From assembly GCA_010015585.1 (NCBI GenBank), contig ML975150.1: DNA of 64,000 nucleotides; one strand, 5' to 3'. Below, in pieces: positions 37,826-50,203 of this stretch. Below the pieces are notes generated by a model that had not been told where the DNA came from, did no database searches, and worked only from the letters and a program-made list of their open reading frames with translations. Positions within the stretch are counted from its first letter, which is position 1, and each line of letters begins with the position of its first letter. Source of the stretch: Eremomyces bilateralis CBS 781.70. Its lineage: Eukaryota. Position numbers and translations under genes: made by a program.

Positions 37826-38282
37826 GACATAAGAGCACTCGTAGAGATTACTAGCAGCGGTTTAGAGTGCTAAATTGCATAACGAAGACATCAAACAGTC
37901 ATAGTGGAAGCTAGGCGGCACCTTAATGTTGTCAACTCGAAAACGCAGAGCTGCCTACGTATCCTCATTGGGAGCTCCCTAAACTTTGATATTCACACAG
38001 CGACCACAACTGCCAGTCACTGCATGCTCAGGGGAAAAGCAAACCGCACCTCACCATCCGTTAGATACATTGCCTGCAACAGCAAGCGATACCTAACAAA
38101 AGGTGATCCCTCTGCTTCAAATACATCATATCATAGAGGCTTTTATATCATTATGGAACAAATTCATAATATATTGGATTGAGGCGAGCACCTGTCTAGT
38201 ATTTCTATTGACATCAAATCAGAGTAGATACACTTTCAGTCGACTCCTAAAGTTACAGGATCAATAGATGAAGGTGGCTCGG

Positions 38283-40449
38283 TTACCTAGAGCTCGGCTC
38301 AACCGGCTCAACCATCGCATCATCCTCTAGTGTCAGAGTCTCCTGAGCTTCAAAAATGTCAGCATTCGCACAAAAAGCAGGGAATAGGCTACATACCGCT
38401 CCATAGGGTAGAGTACACGCCCCCGGTGTTGATGAGCTGTTCATGGGTTCCGCTCTCGGCGGCACTGCCATCTCGTAGCACGATGATGAGATTGCTGTCG
38501 TAAATCGTTCGTAGTCTATGGGCGATGAAAACAGACGTTCTCTGCTTTTCTCTCAGAATGCTGTTAATATTTTGTAGGAGCTCTTGCTCGGTATGGGTGT
38601 CCAGTGCAGATGTCTAGTCTCAGTCAGCAAAGTTCGAAGATAAGGAGGGCAGACATACCGCTTCGTCAAAGAAGAGGATCGGCGGGTCCTTGAGGATGAG
38701 TCTAGACACTGCCAGTCGCTGCTTCTCGCCTCCGGATATCATCATCCCTCGCTCCCCGACCATGGTTTGATACTTCTCAGGGAATTTTTCGATCGTCTCA
38801 TGCACTTTAGCTCTCCTAGCTGCGGCAATGACAGCACCTGTATCGGCTCCTAGATTGCCATATCGTATATTATGCTCAATCGAAGCATTGAAAAGCGGAG
38901 TGTCCTGTGGAACAACGCCAATTGCTTTCCGCAGACTCTCCAGGCTCACTTCTCGAATGTCCTGGCCATCAATCAGGATCCGCCCCTCTTGAATGTCGTA
39001 GTACCGGAACAGTAACCTAAGGATCGTGGATTTACCACTGCCCGAGGGGCCAACAATGGCTACTTTCTTGCCAGCTGGAATGGTGAGGGATAGATTTCGA
39101 AGAATAGGTCGGTCGGGATGGTATCCAAAAGTAACGTTTTCGAATCGAATCTCACCGCCGGTGAGCATCAGGGACTTTGCGTTCGGAGGTTCCTTGATGG
39201 CAACGTTGACTTTCTGGAGGTTGAACAATGTCTCCATATCCAGCAAACTTTGTCGAAGTTCTCTATAGACCGAGCCCAAAAAGTTCAATGGTACTGAGAG
39301 CTGGAAGACGAGCTGATTGACCATCACAAGATCTCCAACGGTGAGAGTCCCAGTGGCAACTCCATCGGCTGCCAGGAACATCATCGCCGTCAGTGCGGTG
39401 GAAAAGATGATATTCTGACCGGAGTTGAGGAGTGCAAGCGAAGTCGCAACTTTGATGCTTGCTTTTTCGTACTGCTGAAGCGCTTGATCGTATCGACCGA
39501 CCTCATATTTTTCGTTATTGAAATACTTCACTGCCTCGTAATTGATCAAAGAATCCACGGCGACAGTAGCCGCTTTGTTGTCTGCTGCATTTGTCTGTTT
39601 TCGGAACTTCGTCCTCCATGCCGTCGTCGTGATTGTGAAAGCAGTGTAGGCGACCATTGTTGTGGCCGTGATAGCTGCAAATTTGAACCCGTATTGGTAG
39701 GTCAAGATACCACAAACCAAGGATATCTCCAAGGCCGTTGGGATGACGTGGAACACCATCGACGTCAACAGGAAGCTGATCCCTTTCGTCCCTCGATCTA
39801 TTGCTCTCGTGAGGCCGCCGGTCTGCCGAGACAAATGGAAGTTTAAATCTAAGCGGAGAAGATGCTCATAGACACCGCATGCCACTCGTCGGATTGCTTT
39901 CTGTGCCACGCTCGCAAAAACCGCATTTCGCAGTTCCTGGAACAGTACGGCTCCGACCCTGGTTGCGCCATATGCTACGACCATGGAGCCAGCTACAGTC
40001 CAGGCAGTCCCGCCCACAGCAGCAAAATCAATGTTCATAGAGTCGACAATGCTCTTAAAATAGAAAGGGACTTGGACGTTGAGAAGTTTGGCTCCTACGA
40101 GTAAGCCTACAGCGAGGCTCACGCGAAACCTAGTCCCTAGCTTGTCCTTCGGCCAGAGATATTGTGTCATCTCCTTCATGATGGCCCAGTCAGCCTTCCT
40201 TTGCTCCTTTCTTGACACCGTTTTCTCCGCGAGAAGTTCGGATTGCTGTTTGGAGCTTGTAGACTCCTTCGTAGGGGCCTTGGGTGGGGTGGGTACATTG
40301 CTGGAAGCTTGACGCGCCTGGCGGTGGGCTGAGGAGGTCGTGTTGGGTCCCAGGGTTGACGGGGTGAGGTATCTCGACAGCAGGCAGGACCGTCTATAGG
40401 TATTTGGTCTGCAATAAAGCGCACGATGCGCTCCTCTAAGGGGTATCAT
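38283..40449 (-). CDS. ATM1: Mitochondrial Fe-S cluster ABC transporter Atm1
   Basis: Arg-rich presequence, [30 protein letters not shown], Walker [28 protein letters not shown]. Two introns near the 3' end. Confidence 0.96.
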
Positions 40450-40948
40450 CTTATCGGATCTTTAAGATAGCTTGTCCGCACGCGGAACCTTCGAATTGCC
40501 GCGCAAGAGTCGGGTAGATTTCACCTAGCATCTTCTCCGGGCTGATGCGAGCACGTCACCGGGGCCTTGAGGTGTCGCAGCTCTGCAACGGTCAGTCGCA
40601 TGCATTCTAGCACTTAGCAGCAGACATACCAGGGCATTCGCGTTCTCTCACAATAGACTGTGATTGAAGTGGGACTTTCGGGTTGATGTGTTTCTGGAGC
40701 AGATGTAATATAATAACTGGTACTATAAGTGTAAGACCCGGGCACGCCAAGCATTTCAAGCTCTTGCATCACCAATTATTAGATGGATATCAAATACTTC
40801 GGGCCAGTTACGGGGTCGATTCAACGCGTTCCGACTTCCGACTCGCGAAGTGTGTCCAAAAATTATCAACTCCCATCGCCGTCATTCTCTTCATTACTTG
40901 CCCATTGAGGCATCCATATCCATTGGGTAGCTGCAAATGCCACGAGGC

Positions 40949-42407
40949 ATGAGAGTCCCGATCCAATGTGGGCTTCGAGCACCTCCGCGAAGGCAATCCG
41001 CGCTGGCTGTCCGGTATGCCGTTGCCCACCGACGAAACTTTCGAATTGCCTCGATTCCCGCCTCGGAAACCCGCGATATAGGGATTCAATCAGCCTCGGA
41101 ACCTGCGTCATCAACTAGACCCGGTACATACGACTCCCCGACAATGTATTGGTTCAAAGCTCATTGCAAGCAGATGCCCGATTCGAGGTCCTCGGCACAC
41201 CCTCTTCACTGCTGTCCGTTTCCTTATCAGCATCTCAAGAACTCTTCACTCGACGAGGGACACTAGTAGGAGTCAGCGGGAAGGCGGAAAGTGTATGTGA
41301 AGCCCTCTGTGATGCTTTTCTGGCAACAGTGCTAAACCTCGACTAGGCGCTTTCTACACTCTCCATCCTCCAACCCTTCCGACGCGCCGTTTCCGGAATA
41401 CCTTTCTTATATCAAAAGGTCCTTCCTCCTGCCTAGAGTTGTGTACTTTACTTACAGATGGTAGATCACGTCGACCAGCCCAATCCAAGCTTTGATCGCC
41501 ACGAAGTCGTCATTAACATCATTTACCGTAGTCCACCTAGATGGACGGATGGACTGGATGGTGGCGCAGAGAAATGCTATATTAGCATGGACCGGGCATA
41601 CACTGGCGATCAAGCCTAAGTTAAACACAACCTTGGTACGATACTTCGCTCGCAGGATGATCGCAACTGACAGACTGCAGAGCCTTTCACATTGGGGGAA
41701 TTCATACGTGACAGGCAGGGGTCTGCTCGCTCTTGTTGGCAAAGGGCAGATCTATCAAATAGTTTTGAAAACCGGAGACGAATACGTTGTCCATCCAAGG
41801 TAATTAAGACTGATATCATCCGTATTAGGACCTATCACTAATCAAAGCAACAGCAATGTGATTGCATACTCAATATCAACTAACCCCCCCCTCCCCTACC
41901 GCTTCAAATCTTCAGCTCTACGACTCCAAGTACCTCTTATGAGCGCGCTATCCTGGATCCCTGACATTAAGTTCTTCCAGGTGATGCGTGAGACCCCAAC
42001 ATGGAGGAAGGTAACCGCCGCATTGTTTCGATTGCGTACTTGGACAAGGCGGTCAATTTCGGGCGACAGGGTGAGTTTCTCTGATGGACCGACCGCTCAA
42101 ACCACAAATCAAGATTCTAATAAACTCTCAGTTATTTCTACGGTTTTATGGCCCAAGCACAGTCCTGGTCCAATCGCGGGGGTCGAGTCTCCGCGATGTG
42201 CTTACAACTAACGAGGTGAATGAGATTGCGGATACTCCAGCCGGAGTAGTGAGGGGTCCGGTGAAAGTTGATTTGCGGAAGCCTGCCGTGCATGCATCTG
42301 CAGTTACGCCGCAACAAAAAGCAGAGGTCTCTCAACCCGAGCCAAGCCAGCCGTTGCAGACACGATATGCGAGGGTTGGACGGGATGGAAAGGTAACCTT
42401 CAACTGA
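40949..42407 (+). CDS. AIM24: Mitochondrial biogenesis protein Aim24
   Basis: Presequence-like N-terminus. Exons encode [81 protein letters not shown]. About six introns. Confidence 0.85.
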
Positions 42408-42794
42408 TTAGGCTCGATTCGAGCTGTGGAGATATACCTTCGCCTTTTCGCTTCTGTACTATCAGCCCCTAGATCATCATGTACAATTAGGTTGGTTAAT
42501 GATACCCCTGCGGTCCTTCAACGTCATAGATTGGTTCGAGGACCGATCGTCCTATTGCATGCCACGATTTCCATCATACCATGGATCATGGTTTGGTTAT
42601 GAACTTGATGTCAACCATGCACTGCACAAAGTCGAGTCATCTTTGCAGTTGTTGGAGCTACCCAGAAGCCTGAGCATGGGGAAGAAGAATTGGACTATTG
42701 GAGGGATACCTACCTGGATGATAAAACTTAGAAGTGAGAGCAATGTCTGAAAGTTGTATTATTAGCGTATTCCCTAATTCCCACAGAAAACCTA

Positions 42795-42824
42795 TCTCCG
42801 TCTCTCCGTCTCTCCGTCTCTCCG
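42795..42824. repeat. 8-bp tandem repeat (TCTCCGTC), about 3.75 copies
   Basis: Read directly from the sequence. Confidence 0.85.
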
Positions 42825-44374
42825 ACAGTGGAGCGGCGGATAGCGACGGGAGCCCGGCTCGGGCAGGTCCAAACGCCAAGCGCATTGACAAATTTGTCCA
42901 AGTAGCTCCCTCCAGCTTCCCACATTCCAGGCTCCAGGTCTTCAAGACTCCAAGCCTCCAATGCATCAGTGATCAAGCAAGTCAGCAAGAGTTGACCCCA
43001 ATAACTTTTGTAGGCCGAAATAGGAGTGTCATGTACCGTACGATACCCCCTCAAGGTGCAACAATTGGCCAAGTCGCCATAGTTGATGGTTAAATGATGG
43101 TTCACGTTCAAGACCCGGAGACGTACGGCACGTCAGGTGCAGAGCGGACGGATGAAATATGAATCCATGAATTCATCATTTCACACCGCAATTTTAGTTC
43201 CTACCAAGCATGCTTGACTCTTGACTCTTGAAATTCTATTGCTCGAGCCAATAGTTGCTATTGTCTGAGTCAATGGAGGTTGAACCCGAGGCCCGAAGCC
43301 AGATGCCGTTTGGCCAAGGAGCCCTCGCAGGAGTCCGCCCGGGTCCAGTCCACTGTTTCCCTTTAGCTCTGTCGGCGGTGATCGATAAGGAGAGGCATCG
43401 ATTATTTGATCGACCCACCAGTTGGCATGTGAATCGAAGCAACAGCGCCTCCGCAAAGCTTCTCGTGATGAAAAGGACCAAGATTCGATATATAATCGGT
43501 GACACCAAAACCGCCTCCATTCCGAGAGTGTGGAAGGTTTACCGGTACTGTGGAAAAGGTTACGGGAGGACCCAATCTCCCGGAGAAAGGGTCCCGCCCT
43601 TCTGGTTCTCCCAGACGGTTTTTAGGATTTCCATCGCCATTACGGAATCCAGGAGCACCTCCCCCAATCATTGGGTTTGGGATGGATTTGGGAAAAGCAA
43701 ACAACGGGTAACTGACTCGTCATGCGCTTCTTTAACAAATCTTCTGTTCTGGCTTTGACCATTTTGCTGCTTGTCGTATCCAAGCTCTACCGCTGTCCGC
43801 TGCAGCTCTCAAGCTTCGGTGCAACACTCAACACTCAAGTCTCGCCGTCTCTGATTTGCTTCCTCGACCAGTTGAGATGCAGCTCCTCCACAATCGACCC
43901 CAATTTAAGGCCTTGTATTCGATCGTTTGAACTTATCCCGTATGATTGAACCTTGCGATCTCCGGAGAAGCTTTCCACATTCCAAGCCAGCGCCCGGTTA
44001 GTGGTTACTTGTTAGTGGTTATCAGCCCCGTAGCCCAGGAGCCCAGGACTCTAGCCCACAGTCTCAGCCGACTCCAGTAATGCAGATCGCTGAGTCGTGA
44101 GCGACTGAGCGTTCCCCTCCCTCTCCACCCCAATCTTCGAATCTCGTACGTAAGGTACATAATTCTATTGCCTCCAACCCTCCAGTCTCGTCCTGGCGGG
44201 ATCTCGGTCATCATTTTCTACCTTTTGAAGTTTCGTTGGTAAATCCGAGTTGCCAAGCAGCTCCCAGGTGTTCCACTGCCATCCAAAATATCATTACCGA
44301 CTATTAATCAATGCAATACTAAAGGCTACACTCCAATCCTCTCTGGTGGAGTTCCCGCATAGATGCATTGGCCC

Positions 44375-45906
44375 ATGGCGTCTGAAGATTCGCCCATTCC
44401 CATTGTGCGTTATGTCCGTTCGGTTTGGCATTCAAGCAACATACCAATCAAAGTGATAGGACCAAAACTACGTCGATGGAATTGACGACGATGATGACTA
44501 TAGCTTCTCTTCGTAGGTCTTCCCATGTTCTTCTTCGAGTTAATTCCTGCTAACCTCAACTCAAGCGGTCAGACGATAGCTACAAGCGTCACAGCATATC
44601 GTTACGAACATGGCCGGAGATACCATGCCTTCCGTATAAAACCCTTCCTCATAGCCCGCCTCAGTTGGCCATGATTACTAAATCTCGACCAGGGGATGGC
44701 GCATATTACATGCCCAATGACGAGCAGCATCAGGATGGAGAAGCGATTTGGTAAGTTCGAAACACTTGTAGTTGCGTGTCGCTATACTAAATATTCTCTA
44801 AGCCACCACATGTACATTGTAACATTCGATGATAAGCTCCATCTTGCACCCTTGGACAATCCGCAGCGAGTTCTTGACGTCGGGACCGGTACGGGAACTT
44901 GGGCAATGTACGTTGGACCTCAATTAACTGCTACTTTGGCTAACTCTCTGCAGCGATATGGGCGATCGCTACCCTGGAGCGGATGTGCTTGGTGAGCTGA
45001 ACGAATTTAAGAACAAGTGGCAACCCTACTGATCCATCGATAGGAATCGACCTGTCGCCTGTCCAGCCTCGGCAACTTCCATTCAATGTCCGCTTCGAAG
45101 TCGACGACTGTACGAGTGAATGGACTTATCCTGTCGATCACTTTGACTTCATCCACATGCGGGGACTCAATGGCGGTGTTTCCGACTGGCCAACGCTGTA
45201 TAACTCTTGTCTCAAGTAAGTCCTATTTGCCCTCCCAATCCAAAACAAACTACTCATACTGTCCCATAGCCACTTGGAGCCTGGGGGCTGGCTTGAACAT
45301 GTCGAGTTCAGCACTTTCATCTACCCGGCAGAGCCACGAGAGCAGCATGATCCGGCTATCAAGGAGATTCTTGGGATTCTCCCTGAACTTCAACAGGTGT
45401 GGGGTAAGTCTTTGAACCAAGAGAAGGAGATGCGCGATCAGATCAAGGAAGCCGGTACGTATTCCCACCCAATCGACCCATGTGTCCGTCCTCGATTTCT
45501 CATTATCTATATAGGCTTCGTGGAAGTTCAAGAGCGCATCTTCAAATGGCCTCTTGGGCCGTGGAGTAGCGACCCCAAACTCAAAGACCTCGGACGATGG
45601 AACCTATTAAGCTGGGCTGTCAGTTTCGAGGGGTGGGTCCAGGCGTTGGTTACGAGGTTCCTTGGAGTAAGTGAGGACGCTGTCTTAAGGATCCGTCCCC
45701 AGGCCAGAAAGGATGTGAGGCTAACAGACTGTCCAGTGGCCACCCGACCGCGTCACACAGCTTCAGAAAGATATTGAGCGGGCGCTGAAAGATAGGAAGA
45801 ATCAATATTACCAGGAAGTGTAAGTTTATGGCTCCAACTCGTGGCATCGCTCACCGACTAATGTTAATCAAGGCGTGTTGTAATGGGGAAGAAACCGGCT
45901 GCTTGA
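44375..45906 (+). CDS. SAM-dependent methyltransferase, LaeA-like family
   Basis: Hand-spliced over about 10 introns: YRYEHGRRYHAF, YYMPNDE, LHLAPL..RVLDVGTGTGTWA, GIDLSPVQP, FDFIHMR, LEPGGWLE, KWPLGPWSSDPKLKDLG. Confidence 0.9.
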
Positions 45907-46838
45907 AGGATTTCTGATCGGGACCCATTCGCGAATGCTTGCCCCCTTTCTTGAATGAGTGCATCTTTACGGCCGATCATGGTGGCAAGCAATCGGTCTC
46001 AAGTTGAATGCATAGCGACAATCCTTATTTATACATCTCAATTCAATCAATAAGCCGACGTTCTATCAGCCACTACCCTCGCTAGACTGGGATAGTGGGG
46101 GACCTTTATGACTCCAAGACTCATTCTTCAGTGTTTTTACTGCTACCTAATTGTTCCCATGTCCCGAGCGCCCTTCCTCTCTGGCCAGCTCTGCCTATAA
46201 ACTTCCAGATCGCGGCCCATTTGTATAATTGCTTGGCTGCAACCGAATCAGGTGCTACAGACTGCTGTAAGTCAGTACTATACAGCACATGTACCTACTG
46301 TAACCACTAACCAGCCTTCACCACGCGCTTTCCCACAGCTTGTCTTTTCCTTGGCTTGAAATGCCATCTGCTAGAGCCTAGAAGCCGCACGGCACACATG
46401 CAGTACATTCCCTCACTGGTTAGGCTACGGTAGTCGGGTCGGGCCTACCAGAAGTGGAGAAGGCCAATCGGAGAATGGAACACTATATTTAGCGTTAGAG
46501 GCTCGCAGTCCCCTATTTCGCCCGCCTTCCTTATCATCACTACATGAGTACATGTGTGAAGAATACTCCAATCGAGCAAAGATCACGTATGAGAGAGAAG
46601 AGCGATGTATTGGATGTATCTAAAATACAGCGTGACGAGATCGAGATAGACCTCTCCGAGCAAACATAAGCCACGTGCCTCAACAAGCACCGAGGTCAGG
46701 TGACCTCCGTGTGACAACATGACTGCTTCCTCAGCTTCACTCCTACAAATAGACAAAGTCTTCAGTGCTTGATCTCTTCCTGCTGTAAACATATTCTCAA
46801 TTTCTGCAGAACCGTATTTCCTCCTTAACATTGAAACT

Positions 46839-47271
46839 ATGGCAAACCAGTCATCCGCCAATTCCTCTGGGACCTCCTCTGGGACCTCAGGGGCCTCCTC
46901 GGGGACATCCTCTGGGACCTCTGGCAACACCTCCTCGAGCGGTCAAAGCTATACGACTACCAGCAGCGGAATGAACAGTCAGGTAGGCCGGCTTTTAGAT
47001 TGCCCGGTCCAGCTAAAATAGTTTTCTGCAAGACCTGATATTCTGACTGATACTAGGGCAACCATTACTGCTCCCGTGACTATGGCTCTAACGTCTCGAA
47101 TTCGAACAGCTATCACTATTCCAACACGTGAGTCGAGCGTAAGGGCATTATCATCACATTCGTTTTAGCTCACGATATTTCAGCAATGGTAGCTACTACT
47201 ACTCGAACCCGAATGGAAGCACGTACTACAACAACGGCAACGGTGGTAGCACCTACTCTCGTAATGGCTAA
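46839..47271 (+). CDS. Small (100 aa) Ser/Gly/Asn/Tyr-rich conserved fungal protein
   Basis: Exons 46839-46982, 47057-47127 and 47184-47271 splice in frame: ...YTTTSSGMNSQ|GNHYCSRDYGSNVSNSNSYHYSNT|NGSYYYSNPNGSTYYNNGNGGSTYSRNG. Confidence 0.8.
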
Positions 47272-47889
47272 GGAACGGATGTCTGTCCACAGCCAATAAT
47301 TGCAGGAAATGAAGCGGCACATCCACTGCGGAGATTGAAAGGCATGTTGAGCTCTCACTTATAGCTAAGGGACCAAGTAGATAGGCTCAAATTCACTGGG
47401 ATCACTCAATATTCATGATCCGCCGTGTTAAAGTGTGCTTCAAACTTGGCCAGGCCTGGACAGTACTATCCATAATAACCTTATGCTCATAATAGCCGTT
47501 GGGAAATTCCATCCCCCCTATATTTGCCTTCATGTCTGCTTTGATGACCCCAAGGATCTGCGGTCGAAGTCTCTACTTCCAACCTTTGCATATCGAGTCC
47601 ATTCAAATGCACTTCATCCTGGAAAGTCCGATGCGGTTTGACCAGCCCCGTAGAGACAGCTCCATTTCCTTGTTATATGACTTGCCCTGACTTCTGTTTA
47701 TTGCTCATATATCTAGATTATATCAAGATTTCAAAACATATTGACGTATCCTCCTCCGAAGGGATCATACATGACCGTAGCTCATCCGGATTTGATATGT
47801 TGTGTAAATGACCTGCCGGACAGTAAAGCGGGATCAGGATGGGGTCTCTGTGCGAGAAGGGAGCCCGTCACGAGGGATTTTGAATTCTG

Positions 47890-48488
47890 CTAATTCACAA
47901 TTTGACACTGCAGCTGAGCCCAGTCCGCTTCGTGTGCCTGGGAACGGAGGACCAGAGCGATGGCTAGGTCCTTCCCAAACATAGCGAATTCCGCCATCAT
48001 TTCATGGATTACGGATACAAGCTCTCTCTCTTCCGCTATATACGTCATTAACGTGGTACATCGTTGAATCGCTCGACCCTGAAGCGTTAGCTTTTCCGGA
48101 AAGCCGTCCCCACTATGCAAAGGGCGAATGATTGCCTCAAAATGTCTGGCGTCGATTTTTGAATCAGGCCCAAATTGGAAATACATATCGTAAAAATCGA
48201 TGAAGCATGGCACGACTAGCTTGTCTACTAGACTGGAGATTCTTAAAAGCCAGGCCAACCCAGTGCCAGTGCTGTTGTCGTACTTCGTTTGATAGGTTGA
48301 TGGTCGGATCAGTAAATAAGCCATCGCATAGGAAATCCCTAGCGACTGTCATTATCCCTATCCTAAATAAGCAGAGCATTCGAACCGACTTACATTGGTG
48401 AAGAACTTACATTGGTGAAGGACTTTCATCCAATTTTTACCTCTTCGATGGAGGTGCTACCCCGATGGAACTCCCTCATTCGACATAT
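47890..48488 (-). pseudogene. Probable decayed gene, possibly BTB/POZ-associated family
   Basis: N-terminal APPSKR*KLDESP followed by a duplicated GTAAGT donor. The residual 144-aa frame has DKLVVPCF and EFAMFGKDLAIAL, loosely like regions downstream of BTB domains. Local tandem duplications. Confidence 0.35.
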
Positions 48489-49169
48489 CTGGAGCGAGAT
48501 AGACTTGCGGATACCACCTGAGGATACCACCTGAGGATTCTCGGGTTCTGAATACAGTGAGTGAGTACAAAACCAGTAGGCGACTAGGGGGTACTAGTAA
48601 GGTACTAGTGAAGGTCTAGATAGACATTATCAGAAGCTGGAGTCCACTTCATAGACAGGATGTGACAGCGATTAAGAAGATAGAAAATTGACATGTCAAG
48701 ACGGTGAGAGATAATGAACTGCATCCTTTGATGTCGAAACGGGGAACCACATGATTAGCCACGTGATTGGTTCCAGTCCACCAGGAGGGCTTTTCGGCCA
48801 ATGACAACGATGTTGGCTGAAGTGAGAGAGTCAAAGAATACTTCATGCTTCTCCAATTCGACCTTCATTGAGACCTGGAATACATATATCGGTGGCACAT
48901 ACGTAACGGATCTTACAAGTTACACCTCAGAGTCTTGAGCGCCTCTCTTTACAGCCTGACCCACTTCCCATTTCCAAGTTCGACTTATTCTATACCCCTT
49001 CTATGCGCGACACTTCTATATCATATCCCTTGTTAACACCGTGGGGACCCCGGTCTTGCCTTCCTCTACACGCAGATTGACCTAAAATTTAGGAGCGTGC
49101 CTCTATAAGACAAATTCTCAAGACCGTGGGGAAATCTCAAGTTCAACAGGATATATCAATTTTGGCGCC

Positions 49170-49664
49170 ATGCCTGCTCAAAAGCCCAATCCTGGAACAT
49201 GGACGTTCAGGCTGAAGTACCACATGACCACCGTGCTCCTGCACGTTGACCCTCTCGAGAACCTCTCGTCAGTAAAAGCAGAACTCTTAAAGGCGCTACA
49301 AGAGACGACGCCAACCGAAGAATTGAACGGCAAACCACTGCCCGAAGGCCCGGAGCAATTCAGGCTCGCTCAACCCAACAATATCAACGATCCTTTAAGC
49401 GGGTGGACCCAAATTGACCCTAACCCTTTCGAAGACGAGGGGGATGGATCCAGAGGCCGACGGAAGGGCAAGACTGCTGCCGGTCAGAGTGTCAAGGCGA
49501 TGGGTCTGCAAGACAATGCGGTGCTTGCCTTTCAATGGGGCGAGAAAGATAAGAACATTGACGACGGTGATATGGACGTCGAAGAGGAGGAATGGGATGT
49601 GGTGATACCAAGTTCTGAGGATGTCTTTGACGATGAAAATGAAGGTGGCGTGGCTCCTCAATGA
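49170..49664 (+). CDS. Hypothetical protein, possibly ubiquitin-like fold
   Basis: 164-aa ORF with a good start context (GCGCCATG). WTFRLKYH.TTVLLHVDP...VKAELLKAL and GLQDNAVLAF suggest a beta-grasp pattern. Acidic tail. Confidence 0.7.
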   Translation: MPAQKPNPGTWTFRLKYHMTTVLLHVDPLENLSSVKAELLKALQETTPTEELNGKPLPEGPEQFRLAQPNNINDPLSGWTQIDPNPFEDEGDGSRGRRKGKTAAGQSVKAMGLQDNAVLAFQWGEKDKNIDDGDMDVEEEEWDVVIPSSEDVFDDENEGGVAPQ

Positions 49665-50203
49665 TTTAATGGCGCCAAGGTTTCCTACACTTCGAGTAGA
49701 CGGATATCAGGGAGTTCGGTATAGTGAAGAAAGGCGTTGAAGACCATTCTTCATGGCTCATGGCGCCGCGGATGGACGGATCTAGAGATTACAATTGATT
49801 AGGGTGCAAGCAAAGCGCAATAGGAGAATAATCCCCAAAACCAAGTGAAGTTCAAACAGCGTAGCACCCTACCAACTACCTAATTAATAGAGCCTAAGCT
49901 GTTGAAATCAAGTTTAAACTGCCTTCGCTGATGTTATCAATTGTCATGTTGACCGTTGAACCCTTCTCACTTCTGTGTTGGCTACGGTTTCGAATGACGC
50001 AGGGGTGAGTGTCGCAGCGACCGGGGGTTGCATGTTTTGATTATTCCTCTTTCGGAACAAAGCTTGGGATCCACCACTCCTACACCAAACGACTTTGTGA
50101 TCTGTATGTCTTCATCTTCCACAATCATTCCAGACTGTTCGGCGACTATACCTCTTCACTTTCTAATCATTCAATCCTCGCTGTTCGCATTGCTAGCGTT
50201 GCA

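Noticed and set aside
43255..43758. 167-aa ORF and overlapping ORFs upstream of the methyltransferase
   Set aside because: Non-ATG start, no motifs and no coding-like bias; probably promoter DNA.
46583..46930. Acidic PEEV-repeat ORF on the minus strand
   Set aside because: It is the antisense reading of the SSGT repeat in the spliced + strand gene.
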